Of a DNA stretch of 64,000 nucleotides, positions 33,454 through 44,691 are shown one piece after another. The stretch covers positions 15,630-79,629 of the forward strand of contig NZ_JACMNS010000112.1 of assembly GCF_014378415.1 (NCBI RefSeq), in the 5' to 3' direction. The stretch is from Aquabacterium sp. Its GTDB lineage: Bacteria > Pseudomonadota > Gammaproteobacteria > Burkholderiales > Burkholderiaceae_C. The translations under genes and the position numbers were made by a program. Positions within the stretch are counted from its first letter, which is position 1, and each line of letters opens with the position of its first letter. Below the pieces are notes generated by a model. It was given only the letters and a program-made list of their open reading frames with translations. It was not told the origin of the DNA and made no database searches.

Positions 33454-34596
33454 TTAATTGGCACGCAAAGCGTAAAGCGTGCCGGAACGGGTGGCCACCA
33501 ACAACAAACCGTCGGACACCACGGGGGCGGCACTCAGCGCGTTGTCCAGGGAAATGCGAGCCACGGTACGGCCATCGTCCGAGGCCAGGATGTGCAGTTG
33601 GCCTTCGCCATCGGCGACGGCGATCAGCTTGCCCCAAACGGCGGGGGCGCTCAACTTGCGGTGGGTGAAACGGTCAACGCGCCAGCGGATTTCGCCGTTT
33701 TCAGTGCGCCAGGCGCTAAGGCGGTCAGCGCCATCCGAACCCACCACCGTGGTGTCGTCGGCGGCCACGGCTTGCGTGCCCGACTGAGGGCGTGACCAGC
33801 GCAAGCTGCCACGATTCATCTCGATGCACGCCACCGACAACTGGAAAGCGCGAACACAGATTTCGTCGTCGGCGCGGGCACCGGGACCAACCAGGTCGGC
33901 CAGACGCTCGACTTCGTTGGTGCCGCGCGGCGTGCCAACGCTGAAATCGAAACGGGGGACGCCTTTCAAAGGGTCCAGGCCCACAAAACGAGCACCCTGC
34001 CCCACCACCAAGGTGTCGCGGAAGGTGGACAGCAGGCCGGGCGTGGACAGCGACAGGGGATCGCCACCAGGACGCTGGTAGTTCCAGAGCCAGCGGCCGT
34101 CGAGGACGTCGTAGGCGCGCACGCTGCGGTCCACGCTTTGCACGAAAACCCGCTCACCGGCCACCAGGGGCGCGGTGATGACGCGGCCCGTCAGGCGCTC
34201 GCGCCACAAGACCTTGCCTTGGTCAAAGGTGATCAGTTCATTGTCGGTGGTGACCACGGCGGCATAGCGGCCGTCGCTGCCCACCGCGGCGCTGAGCTTG
34301 GCATTGGCCTGGGCACGCCAGCGCTCCTGGCCGGTTTTCACGTCGGCGGACAAAATTTGCCCATCGCTGGCAGCCCAAGTCACCGAGCCTGCTGCCACCG
34401 CGAGGGAGGCGGGGCCATCCACGGATCCCAGGCGCTTGCTCCAGACCGTGGTGATGCCCTGGCTGGGTGTGAAGGACTCAAGCGGTGCGGGCTTAGGCTT
34501 GGTCGAGCCACAAGCCGACAACAAGGCGGCGGCTGCGGCCAGAGCCGAGGCGCCAAGAGCGCGTCTGAAAAAAGTCATGGTCAGAGGATGGTCCAT
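33454..34596 (-). CDS. bamB: Outer membrane assembly lipoprotein BamB
   Basis: Lipobox LLSAC, PQQ-like beta-propeller repeats, G..EVERLADLVG; start 34596 or 34578. Confidence 0.9.
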   Translation of the reverse strand: MDHPLTMTFFRRALGASALAAAAALLSACGSTKPKPAPLESFTPSQGITTVWSKRLGSVDGPASLAVAAGSVTWAASDGQILSADVKTGQERWRAQANAKLSAAVGSDGRYAAVVTTDNELITFDQGKVLWRERLTGRVITAPLVAGERVFVQSVDRSVRAYDVLDGRWLWNYQRPGGDPLSLSTPGLLSTFRDTLVVGQGARFVGLDPLKGVPRFDFSVGTPRGTNEVERLADLVGPGARADDEICVRAFQLSVACIEMNRGSLRWSRPQSGTQAVAADDTTVVGSDGADRLSAWRTENGEIRWRVDRFTHRKLSAPAVWGKLIAVADGEGQLHILASDDGRTVARISLDNALSAAPVVSDGLLLVATRSGTLYALRAN

Positions 34597-34618
34597 GGAC
34601 AGAGGTTCGGGTGGGAAA

Positions 34619-35329
34619 TCAGTTCGTGGGGGCCAGGCCGGGCGGCATGCCCGAAGGCGCGGCAGCACCGGCGTTTGGCACTTGCAGAGCCTGGGGTGCC
34701 TGGCCTGCAGCCGTCAGTTTGCCTTCCACGAAACGGCGGTAATCGACCGTGGCAGGCAAGCCTTTCCAGGCCTCCTGGTAGGCCTTGACGGCCTCTTCTT
34801 TCTTGCCTTGTTTGAACAGAATGTCGCCACGGCGATCGGCGATCAAAGCCGCATAGGCCTTGGGCATCTCGGCGCTCAACACTTTCAAGGCCTCATCGTG
34901 CTGCTTGGCATCAAGCATCAAGCCGGCCAGGCGCAAGCGGCCGATGGCCACCAGGTCTTTGTTTTTGCCGCTATCGACCAACCACTGCAGGCTGGCGCGC
35001 GCCAGTTCAGGCTTTTGGCGGCCCACTTCAACCTTGGCCACCAACAAGGCGCCTTGTTCGGCAAAGGTGGTGCCGGCGTAGCTGTCTTTCAGGTCGGCAA
35101 ACACTTTGGCGGCCTTGTCGACTTCACCGGCACTGGCGGCACGGTCCAGCTCTTCGTAAAGGCTGCCGGCGCCCACGGACAGCTTTTGCTGCCAGTAGAG
35201 GTAGCCGGTCCACGCGGCGTAGCCGCCCAGGGCCAGCACGAGTACCCAGGTGACCAGGTTGCCGTACTGTTTCCAGAGGTGCTTGACCTGATCGAGCTGC
35301 TCTTGTTGTTCAAGGTCGTAAGTGGCCAT
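34619..35329 (-). CDS. yfgM: YfgM family TPR chaperone
   Basis: MATYDLEQQEQLDQVKHLWKQYG, single TM, DRRGDIL...GK..EA..AY; lies between hisS and bamB. Confidence 0.9.
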   Translation of the reverse strand: MATYDLEQQEQLDQVKHLWKQYGNLVTWVLVLALGGYAAWTGYLYWQQKLSVGAGSLYEELDRAASAGEVDKAAKVFADLKDSYAGTTFAEQGALLVAKVEVGRQKPELARASLQWLVDSGKNKDLVAIGRLRLAGLMLDAKQHDEALKVLSAEMPKAYAALIADRRGDILFKQGKKEEAVKAYQEAWKGLPATVDYRRFVEGKLTAAGQAPQALQVPNAGAAAPSGMPPGLAPTN

Positions 35330-35361
35330 GACGTTTTATCGGTGTAGGTGGAAGCGTTGGA

Positions 35362-36663
35362 TTATGACTGGCGATGGGCTTGCAATGACGCCGCCCATTC
35401 CCCAGGCTGTGCGAGAGGTCGGGCAACTTGCTCACCACCATCGCGAAGGGGCTTGACAGAAACTTGCCCTTGGGCAACCTCATCGGGGCCGAAGATCAGG
35501 GCGAAGCGGGCGCCGCTGGCATCGGCTTTCTTGAACTGAGCTTTGGGGCTGGCCGGACCATCTTTGCCCGCCGGATTGAGCAAGACACGCACGCCCGCCT
35601 GACGCAAGGCCTCGACGGTGCTCATCACGGTGGACAGCGGTGTGCCCGCAAACACCAGCGCCACCGCATCAGGCGCGGGGGATGGCGAGTCAATGCCCAG
35701 CTCCTGGAGCAATAGCAGCAAGCGCTCCATGCCCAGGCCCCAACCCACGGCCGGCGCGGGTTTGCCGCCCAGTTGCTCGATCAGACCGTCGTAGCGGCCG
35801 CCGCCGCAGATGGTGCCCTGCGCGCCCAGGCGATCGGTGACCCACTCGAACACGGTGAGGTTGTAGTAGTCCATGCCACGCACCAGGCGCGGGTTGACCT
35901 TGTAGACCACACCGGCGGCGTCCAGCACTTGCTTAACGGCATTGAAGTGGGCCAAAGAGGCCTCGCCCAAGAAATCCATGAGCTTGGGAGCGTCTTCGAC
36001 CACGGGCTGCATGGCCGGGTTCTTGGTATCGAGAATGCGCAGCGGATTGCTGTGCAGGCGGCGGCGCGCGTCGTCGTCCAGCAAGGCAGCGTGTTGCTCC
36101 AGATGCTTGATCAAGGCCTCGCGGTGGGCGCGGCGTTCTTCAGGCTGGCCCAGGCTGTTGAGTTCCAGGCGCACGTCGGTGCCGACGCTCAAGCCCAGGT
36201 CGCGCCACAGGGCCACCGTCATCAGGATCAGTTCGACATCGACATCGGGGCCGGCGAAGCCCAGCGCTTCGGCGCCGACCTGGTGAAACTGGCGATAACG
36301 ACCTTTTTGCGGTCGCTCATGCCGGAACATGGGGCCAATGTAAAACAGGCGCTTGCCGCCTTCGTACAAAAAGCTGTGCTCATTCATGGCGCGTACCACG
36401 CCCGCAGTGCCTTCGGGGCGCAGGGTCAGCTTGTCGCCATTGAGGCTGTCGGCAAAGGAGTACATCTCCTTTTCGACAATGTCGGTGACCTCGCCCAGAC
36501 CGCGCACAAACAGTGCGGTGGGCTCGACGATGGGGGTGCGGATATTGCTGTAACCGTAGCGGCGCATGAGGGCGCGGACGGTTTCTTCGAGCCATTCCCA
36601 GCGCGCCGATTCGGGCGGCAGGATGTCGTTCATGCCTTTGATGGCTTGGAGGATGTCGGCCAT
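35362..36663 (-). CDS. hisS: Histidine--tRNA ligase
   Basis: [56 protein letters not shown]. Confidence 0.98.
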   Translation of the reverse strand: MADILQAIKGMNDILPPESARWEWLEETVRALMRRYGYSNIRTPIVEPTALFVRGLGEVTDIVEKEMYSFADSLNGDKLTLRPEGTAGVVRAMNEHSFLYEGGKRLFYIGPMFRHERPQKGRYRQFHQVGAEALGFAGPDVDVELILMTVALWRDLGLSVGTDVRLELNSLGQPEERRAHREALIKHLEQHAALLDDDARRRLHSNPLRILDTKNPAMQPVVEDAPKLMDFLGEASLAHFNAVKQVLDAAGVVYKVNPRLVRGMDYYNLTVFEWVTDRLGAQGTICGGGRYDGLIEQLGGKPAPAVGWGLGMERLLLLLQELGIDSPSPAPDAVALVFAGTPLSTVMSTVEALRQAGVRVLLNPAGKDGPASPKAQFKKADASGARFALIFGPDEVAQGQVSVKPLRDGGEQVARPLAQPGEWAASLQAHRQS

Positions 36664-36725
36664 GAAAATAAAAATCGAGACGGTGTCTGTGAGAGAGCGG
36701 CGCAGAGCCCGCGCCGGGAAGGAAA

Positions 36726-38009
36726 TCAGGCCTGGATGGCCGCTGTGCCAAAACGCCGATCGATGTAGTCCTCGACCAGCTTCTGGAAGTCGTCGGCGAT
36801 GCGGTCGCCGCGCAGGGTCAGGGCTTTCTCACCGTCGATGAACACCGGAGCAGCCGGTGCTTCGCCGGTTCCAGGCAGGCTGATGCCAATGTCGGCATGC
36901 TTGCTTTCGCCAGGGCCATTGACAATGCAGCCCATCACGGCCACCTTCATATTCTCGACCCCGGGGTACTTGACCCGCCAGACTGGCATCTGGGCCCTCA
37001 GGAAATCATCGATCTGTTTGGCCAGCTCCTGGAAGGTGCCGCTGGTCGTGCGGCCACACCCCGGGCAGGCGGTGACGCTGGGCACGAAGGTGCGCAATCC
37101 CAAGGCCTGCAAGATCTCAAGCGCCACCACGACTTCTTGTGTGCGCGACTCGCCCGGCTGAGGCGTGAGCGAGACGCGAATGGTGTCGCCAATGCCTTCT
37201 TGCATCAGCACCGAGAGCGCGGCTGCCGATGCCACGGTGCCCTTGGTGCTCATGCCGGCTTCAGTCAAGCCCAGGTGCAGTGGGTAGTCACAGCGTTGGG
37301 CCAGGCCTCGGTACACGCTGATCAGGTCTTGCACTCCGCTGACCTTGCACGACAGGATGATCTGCTCAGGCGCCATGCCCAACTCGCGGGCAGCCTGGGC
37401 GGATTCGAGGGCCGAGTTGATCAAGGCCTGGTACATCACCTGCTGGGTGGTCCAGGGCTGGGCGCGCCGGGCGTTTTGGTCCATCAGCGAGGCCATCAGC
37501 TCCTGGTCCAGGCTGCCCCAGTTGACACCAATGCGCACGACCTTGTCGTACTTCAACGCGGCCTCGATCATTTGCGCAAACTGCTTGTCGCGCTTGTCGC
37601 CCTTGCCAACATTGCCGGGATTGATCCGGTACTTGGACAAGGTTTTAGCACACTCAGGGTAGTCGGTCAGCAGGCGGTGACCGTTGTAGTGGAAGTCGCC
37701 CACCAAAGGCACGTCGATGCCCATGCGGTCGAGTTGCTCACGGATGTGAGGCACGGCTTCGGCGGCCTCAGGTGTGTTGACCGTGATGCGCACGAGCTCG
37801 GAGCCGGCAATGGCCAATTCTTTGACCTGGATGGCGGTGCCGATGACATCGACCGTGTCGGTGTTGGTCATGGATTGCACGCGCACGGGGGCATCGCCGC
37901 CAATGGTGACGACGCGCTGGCCCCACACGACACGAGCCTGGCGTGAGCGCCTTGGCGCCGGCCTGGCCACTTCGATCGGACTGGACAAGGAAGAGGAAAA
38001 GTCGTTCAT
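36726..38009 (-). CDS. ispG: HMBPP synthase
   Basis: [41 protein letters not shown]. Confidence 0.98.
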   Translation of the reverse strand: MNDFSSSLSSPIEVARPAPRRSRQARVVWGQRVVTIGGDAPVRVQSMTNTDTVDVIGTAIQVKELAIAGSELVRITVNTPEAAEAVPHIREQLDRMGIDVPLVGDFHYNGHRLLTDYPECAKTLSKYRINPGNVGKGDKRDKQFAQMIEAALKYDKVVRIGVNWGSLDQELMASLMDQNARRAQPWTTQQVMYQALINSALESAQAARELGMAPEQIILSCKVSGVQDLISVYRGLAQRCDYPLHLGLTEAGMSTKGTVASAAALSVLMQEGIGDTIRVSLTPQPGESRTQEVVVALEILQALGLRTFVPSVTACPGCGRTTSGTFQELAKQIDDFLRAQMPVWRVKYPGVENMKVAVMGCIVNGPGESKHADIGISLPGTGEAPAAPVFIDGEKALTLRGDRIADDFQKLVEDYIDRRFGTAAIQA

Positions 38010-38923
38010 TTCAATTCAAGCCGAGCCACATTGTTGCGCGTGTGAGGGGCCAATTCAACCGGCTGGCCTTGGTAGATCACGTCCAAGGCCGAAGAGTTTC
38101 CCAGGTGCAGCTTGAACGGCGGCGTTCCGGTCAGCTCAACGGACTCATCCGCTTTGAGATGCCGCGACAGTAAGACACCCTTGCCATCGCGAATCTCGAC
38201 CCAGGCAGATCGGCTGCTCTTGATCACCAAAGGCCACTCATCCAAACTGGCGACTGGCGAGGCTACGGCGAGCGGCGGCGCCTCACCGGTGGCCTGAGAC
38301 GCAATAAGCTCTGGCACGGCCGAGGAGGCAGCGGTATCGGGTTGCGAAGGGGCCACCTCAGGGGCGCTGACGGCTTGGATCGACGGCGCAGGCACCTCTG
38401 GCACCGATGCGGGGGCAGCCACCGTATCAATGGCGACCGGTTGCTGGCTTGGCATCGCCCAGCGAGGCCACTGGACAGAGTCGGGCATGAAGTAAACCAC
38501 CAGCGAAGCCAGCAGCAGCACGATCGGCGCCAGCCATTGCGGCTTGAGCAAGGCTTTCAAATCAAACGACTCGCCCGAATCAAACGACAAATTGGCCCCA
38601 CGCGACTCTTTGAACGGTTGGTTCAAGGCGGGCTTTTGGGGTGACAGCGGAATGGCCCGGGCCGCGGGTAAAGCGGCCAGAACAGGCGCCGGATCGATTT
38701 TCAAGCTGCGGCACACGGTCATCGCCAGCGCACGCGTGAAATTGGCATCGGGCAATTGATCATGCCGACCTTGTTCAAGGGCCACCAGTTTGGCCGGAGA
38801 AACCTTGATCATCGAGGCCAAAGCATCGATTTCCAGGTTCTGAGCCTGCCGGGCCTCACGCAGCAAATCGCCCGCTTTGGCGCCCAAGGGGGAATTCGCG
38901 CTGGACGCGGTGGGATCATTCAT
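38006..38923 (-). CDS. rodZ: RodZ-like HTH/DUF4115 membrane protein
   Basis: N-terminal HTH ([29 protein letters not shown]), TM, Pro/Ala linker, C-terminal WVEIRDG...LGN. Confidence 0.85.
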   Translation of the reverse strand: MNDPTASSANSPLGAKAGDLLREARQAQNLEIDALASMIKVSPAKLVALEQGRHDQLPDANFTRALAMTVCRSLKIDPAPVLAALPAARAIPLSPQKPALNQPFKESRGANLSFDSGESFDLKALLKPQWLAPIVLLLASLVVYFMPDSVQWPRWAMPSQQPVAIDTVAAPASVPEVPAPSIQAVSAPEVAPSQPDTAASSAVPELIASQATGEAPPLAVASPVASLDEWPLVIKSSRSAWVEIRDGKGVLLSRHLKADESVELTGTPPFKLHLGNSSALDVIYQGQPVELAPHTRNNVARLELK

Positions 38924-39776
38924 CGAAACGCCCCAACTCCAACGCCGTGGCCTCACGCGAATTGGGGAAGCGGCTGCGCAGGATCCCGGCCAGTTCGTCA
39001 CGGCCACCCACATTGCCCAAACGATTTTCAACTCGCGCACCCAGCCAGATTGACTCAGGTGTGATTTGCTCAGGGATGTTGTTGACCCGGCGAATGTAAA
39101 AGCGTGCGCGCTCGTAATCACCTCGGCGGTAGAGCACGGCGGACAGGTTATAGGCGGTGGCAGGATTGGTCACGTCCAACTCGTAGGAATGCGCCAGGGA
39201 CTTCTCGGCCTCGGGCAGCAAACCAGCGCGAACCTGACAAACACCACGGGCCATCAAGGTTTTGCTGGTGGCAATGGTTTGCGGCAAATTGGCAGCGCGC
39301 TCGAAAAAAGCATCGGCCTCAGGGTAGCGTTGCTTGCTGCACAACCACCAGGCGTAGTTGTGAATGGCACTGCCGTTGCGATCATCTAGCTGAATCGCAC
39401 GCTTGAAGCTTTCGTCGGCCAGCGCAGGTTCGTTCATGGCGCTGTAGATCAGGCCTCGCAACTCATGTGCCTCGGACATCCGGGCGTCAAGTGCCAGCAC
39501 GTGCTTGAGTTCATCAAGGGCGGTGGTGAGTTGACCTTGCGCAAAATACGCGGTCGCCAGTTCCAGTCGGATGCGAGCCCGCTTGCGCACATCGCTTTCA
39601 TCCGAGGTGGTGACCACGTCATCAGACACGGAAGCCGCCGCCGACCTGGCCATGGCTTTGCTGGTGGAGGATGCGCCCTCAGCCTGGGGTGCATTGATGC
39701 AGCCCGTCAGAGAACCAAGACTCAAGGCCATGACAACGCCCAGGCAAGCCAGCAGCGTACAACGGGAAATGGTCAT
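38916..39776 (-). CDS. pilW: Type IV pilus biogenesis/stability lipoprotein PilW/PilF
   Basis: Lipobox LTGC, RARIRLELATAY, TPR repeats, HNYAWWLC; conserved position after rlmN. Confidence 0.88.
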   Translation of the reverse strand: MTISRCTLLACLGVVMALSLGSLTGCINAPQAEGASSTSKAMARSAAASVSDDVVTTSDESDVRKRARIRLELATAYFAQGQLTTALDELKHVLALDARMSEAHELRGLIYSAMNEPALADESFKRAIQLDDRNGSAIHNYAWWLCSKQRYPEADAFFERAANLPQTIATSKTLMARGVCQVRAGLLPEAEKSLAHSYELDVTNPATAYNLSAVLYRRGDYERARFYIRRVNNIPEQITPESIWLGARVENRLGNVGGRDELAGILRSRFPNSREATALELGRFDE

Positions 39777-39814
39777 GCGGTCGGTCTCCTGCGCCGGGAA
39801 CGGGCCGCCGGCGC

Positions 39815-40963
39815 TCAATTCGATGGTGGGGTACCACGGCCAGCGGCCCCCGGGATCAGTGTGACAACGATGGGTTGTCGGGTCATGCGGCCCTTGGCAT
39901 TGGTGCGATCTTGCACCTCCCCGGCGAGTTGACCACAAGCCGCGTCAATGTCATCGCCACGGGTTTTGCGCACGGTGGTGATCAGGCCCGCGTCGGCCAG
40001 GATGCGGGCAAAGGCCTGCACTCGGGCATTGTCAGAACGGTGCAGCCCTGACGCGGGGAAGGGGTTGAATGGGATCAAGTTGAATTTGCACGAAATGCGA
40101 CCCCGCACCAAATCGATCAGCTGATGCGCGTGCTCGTCAGTGTCGTTGACGCCGTCGAGCATGCAGTATTCGAAGGTGATGAAATCGCGCGGTGCGGCGG
40201 TCAAGTAGTCTGAGCAGGCCGACAGCAGCTCGTCAATCGGGTATTTGCGGTTGATGGGCACCAGCTCATCGCGCAGCAAATCATTGGGGGCGTGCAAGGA
40301 CACCGCCAGGGCCACCGGGCAATCGTTCTTGAGCCGCTCGATCATGGGCACCACGCCCGACGTGGACACCGTGACACGGCGACGCGACAGACCATAGCCA
40401 TGGTCGTCCAGCATCATGCGCAAGGCCGGCATCACGGCTGAATAATTTTGCAAGGGCTCGCCCATGCCCATCATGACCACATTGCTGATCACGCGCTCGG
40501 TCTGGCCCAGTCGCTTGCGCAATGAATGCTCTGCATACCAGAGTTGGGCGATGATTTCACCGGTGGTCAGGTTGCGGCTGAAACCTTGATGGCCCGTTGA
40601 GCAAAATCGACATCCCACGGCGCAACCGGCCTGAGACGAGATGCACAAGGTGGCTCGATCGGCTTCGGGGATGTAGACGCTTTCGACGGCATTGCCGCCA
40701 CCGACATCGAACAACCACTTGATGGTGCCATCGGCGGAAACGTGCTCGCTGATGATGGGCAGCGGCTTGAGGGTGGCGATACCCTGCAGCTTGCCTCGCA
40801 GCGATTTGGCCAGGTCCGACATCTGGTCGAAGTCGGAGGCGCCTTTTTGATGAATCCAGCGAAACAGCTGGGTGGCGCGAAAGCGCTTCTCACCCAGCTG
40901 TTCACAGAACGCGGCCAAGCCATCCAGGTCGAAATCAAGCAGGTTGGCTGCGCTCATTTGCAA
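39815..40963 (-). CDS. rlmN: Dual-specificity RNA methyltransferase RlmN
   Basis: [37 protein letters not shown]. Confidence 0.98.
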   Translation of the reverse strand: MQMSAANLLDFDLDGLAAFCEQLGEKRFRATQLFRWIHQKGASDFDQMSDLAKSLRGKLQGIATLKPLPIISEHVSADGTIKWLFDVGGGNAVESVYIPEADRATLCISSQAGCAVGCRFCSTGHQGFSRNLTTGEIIAQLWYAEHSLRKRLGQTERVISNVVMMGMGEPLQNYSAVMPALRMMLDDHGYGLSRRRVTVSTSGVVPMIERLKNDCPVALAVSLHAPNDLLRDELVPINRKYPIDELLSACSDYLTAAPRDFITFEYCMLDGVNDTDEHAHQLIDLVRGRISCKFNLIPFNPFPASGLHRSDNARVQAFARILADAGLITTVRKTRGDDIDAACGQLAGEVQDRTNAKGRMTRQPIVVTLIPGAAGRGTPPSN

Positions 40964-40968
40964 TCGAC

Positions 40969-41394
40969 TTAGCGGCTGTAAACGTTCAGGCCGGGGAAGA
41001 AGAAAGCGATTTCTTGAGCAGCGGTTTCAGCGGCGTCAGAGCCGTGAACGGCGTTGGCATCGATGCTGTCAGCGAAATCGGCGCGGATGGTGCCCTTCTC
41101 GGCCTTCTTGGGGTCGGTGGCGCCCATCAGGTCGCGGTTCTTGCCGATGGCGCCTTCGCCTTCGAGCACTTGAATGAACACGGGGCCAGAGACCATGAAG
41201 TCAACCAGGTCCTTGAAGAAGCCGCGCTCTTTGTGCACACCGTAGAAGGTTTCGGCTTCCAGACGCGACAGTTGCACCAGCTTGGCAGCGGCGATTTTCA
41301 GGCCAGCGCCTTCGAAACGGGCCACGATTTGACCGATCACGTTTTTGGCAACGGCGTCAGGCTTGATGATGGACAGAGTGCGTTCGATGGTCAT
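40969..41394 (-). CDS. ndk: Nucleoside diphosphate kinase
   Basis: [25 protein letters not shown]; AGGAG SD. Confidence 0.98.
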   Translation of the reverse strand: MTIERTLSIIKPDAVAKNVIGQIVARFEGAGLKIAAAKLVQLSRLEAETFYGVHKERGFFKDLVDFMVSGPVFIQVLEGEGAIGKNRDLMGATDPKKAEKGTIRADFADSIDANAVHGSDAAETAAQEIAFFFPGLNVYSR

Positions 41395-41433
41395 TATTAA
41401 GTTCTCCTAAGTCTAGATTTGACAAAACCCAGC

Positions 41434-41439
41434 ATTGTA
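41434..41439 (-). promoter_or_regulatory. Putative -10 (TACAAT) for ndk
   Basis: TACAAT on the minus strand about 40 nt above the ndk start. Confidence 0.5.
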
Positions 41440-41497
41440 TCGCCGGGATATGACGGGCAGCGTCAAGATGAGGCTTACCCGATGAAGGACAGGCTGC

Positions 41498-43684
41498 TCA
41501 GCGACGGCCGCGACCGCCGCCACCGCCGCCATGATTGCCACCGCCACCGCCGCCACCTTGGCCGCCGCCGCCACGCCCCGAGCGACCGCCTATCTTGTTG
41601 AAGTAGGCATCTGCGCCGATGTAGCCGACCGATGTTTGCAGAGGATCAGGCTGACGCGGGCCGCCCTTGGGATCGCCGCCGCGGTCAGCGTTGTGGTCGG
41701 GACGACCAAATCCCTGGGTGATGCGCTTGGAGCCCGTGGCGAAACGCTTGTCGAAGGTTTGCTCCAACGGATTGGGGATGGGGCCAATGTGGTCGAAATC
41801 GTCGTTGTGCTCGCCCTGAGGCCCTTGCTGGGCCTGCATACCACCACCTTGTGGACGATCCATGGGCGGGCGTCCAGGACGATTCTGGTTCTGATTGTTG
41901 CGGCCCTGGTTGCCACCTTGATTGCCGCCGCCTTGCGGACCATACCCGCCCTGCCCCTGCTGAGGACCACGGCCATTGCCTTGCTGGCCATTGCCTTGCT
42001 GCTGGCCACGGCCTGGGCCGAGCCCGCCTTGCTTGCCCCTGAAGTTGTCTTGGCCCTGAGGGGCTGGCTGCTGGCCAACACCTTGGGGCTTGCCATTTCG
42101 GCCGCCCTCCTGACGCGCACCCTTGTGGAAATCGTCCGGGCGGTCAAACCCGGCCAGCGACTTCACGGCGCGAACGTCGGACTCGCCCAATTCAACCCAA
42201 ACACCGCGCTTGAGGCCACGTGGCAGCACGATGGCGCCATAACGCACGCGGATCAGGCGGCTGACCGCCAGGCCCACGGTTTCAAACAATTTGCGCACTT
42301 CGCGGTTGCGGCCTTCGGTGATGACCACGCGGTACCAATGGTTCACGCCTTCGCCGCCACCGTTTTCGATCGACTTGAACGAAGCCATCTGGCCTTCGAT
42401 GCTGACACCTTCCAGCAGCTTGTTCTTGGACGATTCTGGCAGCGTGCCCAGCACGCGCACCGCGTATTCGCGCTCCACGCCAAAACGGGGGTGCATCAAC
42501 TGATTGGCCAACTCGCCTGAGGTGGTGAACAGCAGCAGGCCCTCGGTGTTCAGGTCCAGGCGGCCCACCGACATCCACTTGCCATTTTGCAAGCGCGGCA
42601 GGCGGCGGAACACGGTCGGACGGCCTTGCGGATCGTCATGCGTGACCACCTCACCCACAGGTTTGTGATAGGCCAGGATGCGCGCAGGCTGAGGCGCGAT
42701 GCGGATGCGGATGGGCTTGCCGCCGATCTTGACCTGATCGCCATAGGACACGCGTTGACCGATGTGGGCGGCGTGCCCATTGACCGTGATGCGGCCATCT
42801 TCGATCATCTGCTCGATGTCGCGGCGCGAACCCACGCCCGATTGGGCCAAGACCTTTTGCAGCTTGGGCGCATCGGGCTCAGGGCGCAAAACGCGCTTTT
42901 GCGGATCAGCTTCGGCAGCCACGACCTCTTCTTCGGTGGCTTCGTCGCGCACCGTGTCGAAATCGCCCGACAACAATTCGGCAAACACTTCATTGGCCTG
43001 CTCGGCCGCGATCGCTGCTCGACGCGAGGGCAATTGCTCCGGATCGCGGGCTTCATCACCCTCGCTTTCGAGGAGTTCACCACTGGCTTCGGCGCCCTGC
43101 TCACCAGACTGCTCGGGTGCCTGGCGCGCAGGACGATCACCTCGCGGCCCACGGGGTCCACGATCTCGCCGGCCACGCTCACCACGCTCCTCAAAGCGAG
43201 GCTCGGCACCAGCCGCCGCGACTTGCTCGCCCTCTTGCGAAGCTTGAGCCGATTCAGGCACAGGCTCGCTCAAGTCAGGGCCCAACTGCAGGAAACCGTC
43301 TCCGGCAGGCTCCCTGACCGCAGGCGAATCGTCGTTGACAAAATCGACTTGCGCCGAAGGTGCTGACTCGGCATCGGGCGCAGGCTTCTTGCGCGGGGCG
43401 CGTTTGGGTTTGGTCTCGACAATCTCTGCAACCACGGCCTCAACCACGGGTGGCGGCAGGTCCTCGGGCACAGCAGCCACCGCGACCGCCTTGCGACGGC
43501 GCGGCGCAGGCTTGGCAACCTCCTCGACCACAGCTTCAGCCTCCGGCTCGACCTGGTTTTCGGCGGCCTTGGTGCGGCGAGCCCGCTTGGGCTTGGGCGC
43601 ATCTTCTGGCGCATTGAGCGCGGACGGGTCCAGCTCAGGTGAGGATTCGTTGGGGTCTTGCATAGGCGCGTTGTCTGAAGTCAT
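41498..43684 (-). CDS. rluB: 23S rRNA pseudouridine synthase RluB-type, with long disordered termini
   Basis: S4 domain [15 protein letters not shown], catalytic [22 protein letters not shown]; follows scpB. Confidence 0.92.
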   Translation of the reverse strand: MTSDNAPMQDPNESSPELDPSALNAPEDAPKPKRARRTKAAENQVEPEAEAVVEEVAKPAPRRRKAVAVAAVPEDLPPPVVEAVVAEIVETKPKRAPRKKPAPDAESAPSAQVDFVNDDSPAVREPAGDGFLQLGPDLSEPVPESAQASQEGEQVAAAGAEPRFEERGERGRRDRGPRGPRGDRPARQAPEQSGEQGAEASGELLESEGDEARDPEQLPSRRAAIAAEQANEVFAELLSGDFDTVRDEATEEEVVAAEADPQKRVLRPEPDAPKLQKVLAQSGVGSRRDIEQMIEDGRITVNGHAAHIGQRVSYGDQVKIGGKPIRIRIAPQPARILAYHKPVGEVVTHDDPQGRPTVFRRLPRLQNGKWMSVGRLDLNTEGLLLFTTSGELANQLMHPRFGVEREYAVRVLGTLPESSKNKLLEGVSIEGQMASFKSIENGGGEGVNHWYRVVITEGRNREVRKLFETVGLAVSRLIRVRYGAIVLPRGLKRGVWVELGESDVRAVKSLAGFDRPDDFHKGARQEGGRNGKPQGVGQQPAPQGQDNFRGKQGGLGPGRGQQQGNGQQGNGRGPQQGQGGYGPQGGGNQGGNQGRNNQNQNRPGRPPMDRPQGGGMQAQQGPQGEHNDDFDHIGPIPNPLEQTFDKRFATGSKRITQGFGRPDHNADRGGDPKGGPRQPDPLQTSVGYIGADAYFNKIGGRSGRGGGGQGGGGGGGNHGGGGGGRGRR

Positions 43685-44412
43685 GGAGCGAAAGAGGGTT
43701 CGGCGGGATCGGCTTGTTCAGCCGCATCGGCATCGGGGGTAGAAGGATGTTCGGACTCGAGCAATTCGGCTTGCGCCTCCAACAGCGTGCCCTGCCCTTG
43801 TTCGTCGTGATCTTGTTGTGCGGCGCTGGCGGCGGCCTGGGCTGCGGCTTGCGGGTCATTGTCCAGGCCGGGCAACATGCCCTGGGCGCCAAGCATGCCG
43901 TCCAAAGCGGGCAGCTGGTCCAGCGCCTTCAGGCCCATGTCATCGAGGAAATGGCGGGTGGTGGCATACAGGCCTGGTCGCCCAGGGGCATCACGGTGGC
44001 CGATCACCTCGATCCAGCCACGGTCTTCAAGCTGCTTGACCATCTGGGTGCTGACGGTCACGCCACGGATGTCTTCAATGTCGCCCCGGGTGACGGGTTG
44101 CTTGTAGGCAATGATGGCCAAGGTTTCCATCGTGGCGCGGGAGTACTTGGGCGGCTTTTCAGGGTTGAGCCTGTCGAGGTACTCCTGCACATCGGCGGTG
44201 GTTTGAAAGCGCCAGCCCGAAGCTGACTCTCGCAACTCAACACCCCGACCATCCCACTGCTGAGAAATGTCGGCCAGCAAAGCACGGACCCCGTCGGCCG
44301 AGAAGGTGTCTTCGAAGAGGGCGCGCATTTCGCGCACCGTCATGGGCTGATGTGCGCATAAAAGCGCCGCTTCTAGTACGCGTTGAGCGTCCTGAGGATT
44401 GAGGACTTCCAT
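43681..44412 (-). CDS. scpB: SMC-Scp complex subunit ScpB
   Basis: [56 protein letters not shown]. Confidence 0.95.
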   Translation of the reverse strand: MEVLNPQDAQRVLEAALLCAHQPMTVREMRALFEDTFSADGVRALLADISQQWDGRGVELRESASGWRFQTTADVQEYLDRLNPEKPPKYSRATMETLAIIAYKQPVTRGDIEDIRGVTVSTQMVKQLEDRGWIEVIGHRDAPGRPGLYATTRHFLDDMGLKALDQLPALDGMLGAQGMLPGLDNDPQAAAQAAASAAQQDHDEQGQGTLLEAQAELLESEHPSTPDADAAEQADPAEPSFAP

Positions 44413-44434
44413 CTCTTCAATCGGTAAACACACG

Positions 44435-44690
44435 CCACCCGTTCAAGGTGGAGGTTCAAACGCCGCGCGCCCTGGCTGTCGGGCTGCGTGGCACGGACCC
44501 AAGTGGCATCGACCGGCAAATTAATGCACACGCCTTATGACCGAGTTTGACCGCCTGGTTGGGCTGTTTGACGACTTGGATTTGATCTTCGCCCCAGTGA
44601 GGGGCATCCGCTTGTGGGCAAAGTCGTCAGATCAAACGCTCTTTGCCGGATGGTTGGCACGCCTTGGCGAAACCACCAAATTTAAAAAGC
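44435..44690 (-). ncRNA. Candidate structured leader RNA upstream of scpB-rluB
   Basis: Several inverted repeats in a gene-free interval, with CATAAT at 44691-44696 (minus) above it. Confidence 0.4.
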
Positions 44691-44691
44691 A

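Noticed and set aside
38916-39938. Long ORF-track N-termini (pilW, rodZ, rnhB, can, purA, hisZ, hslU, COG0523 and others)
   Set aside because: They overlap neighbouring genes; downstream starts with an SD, signal peptide or conserved N-terminus fit better and were used
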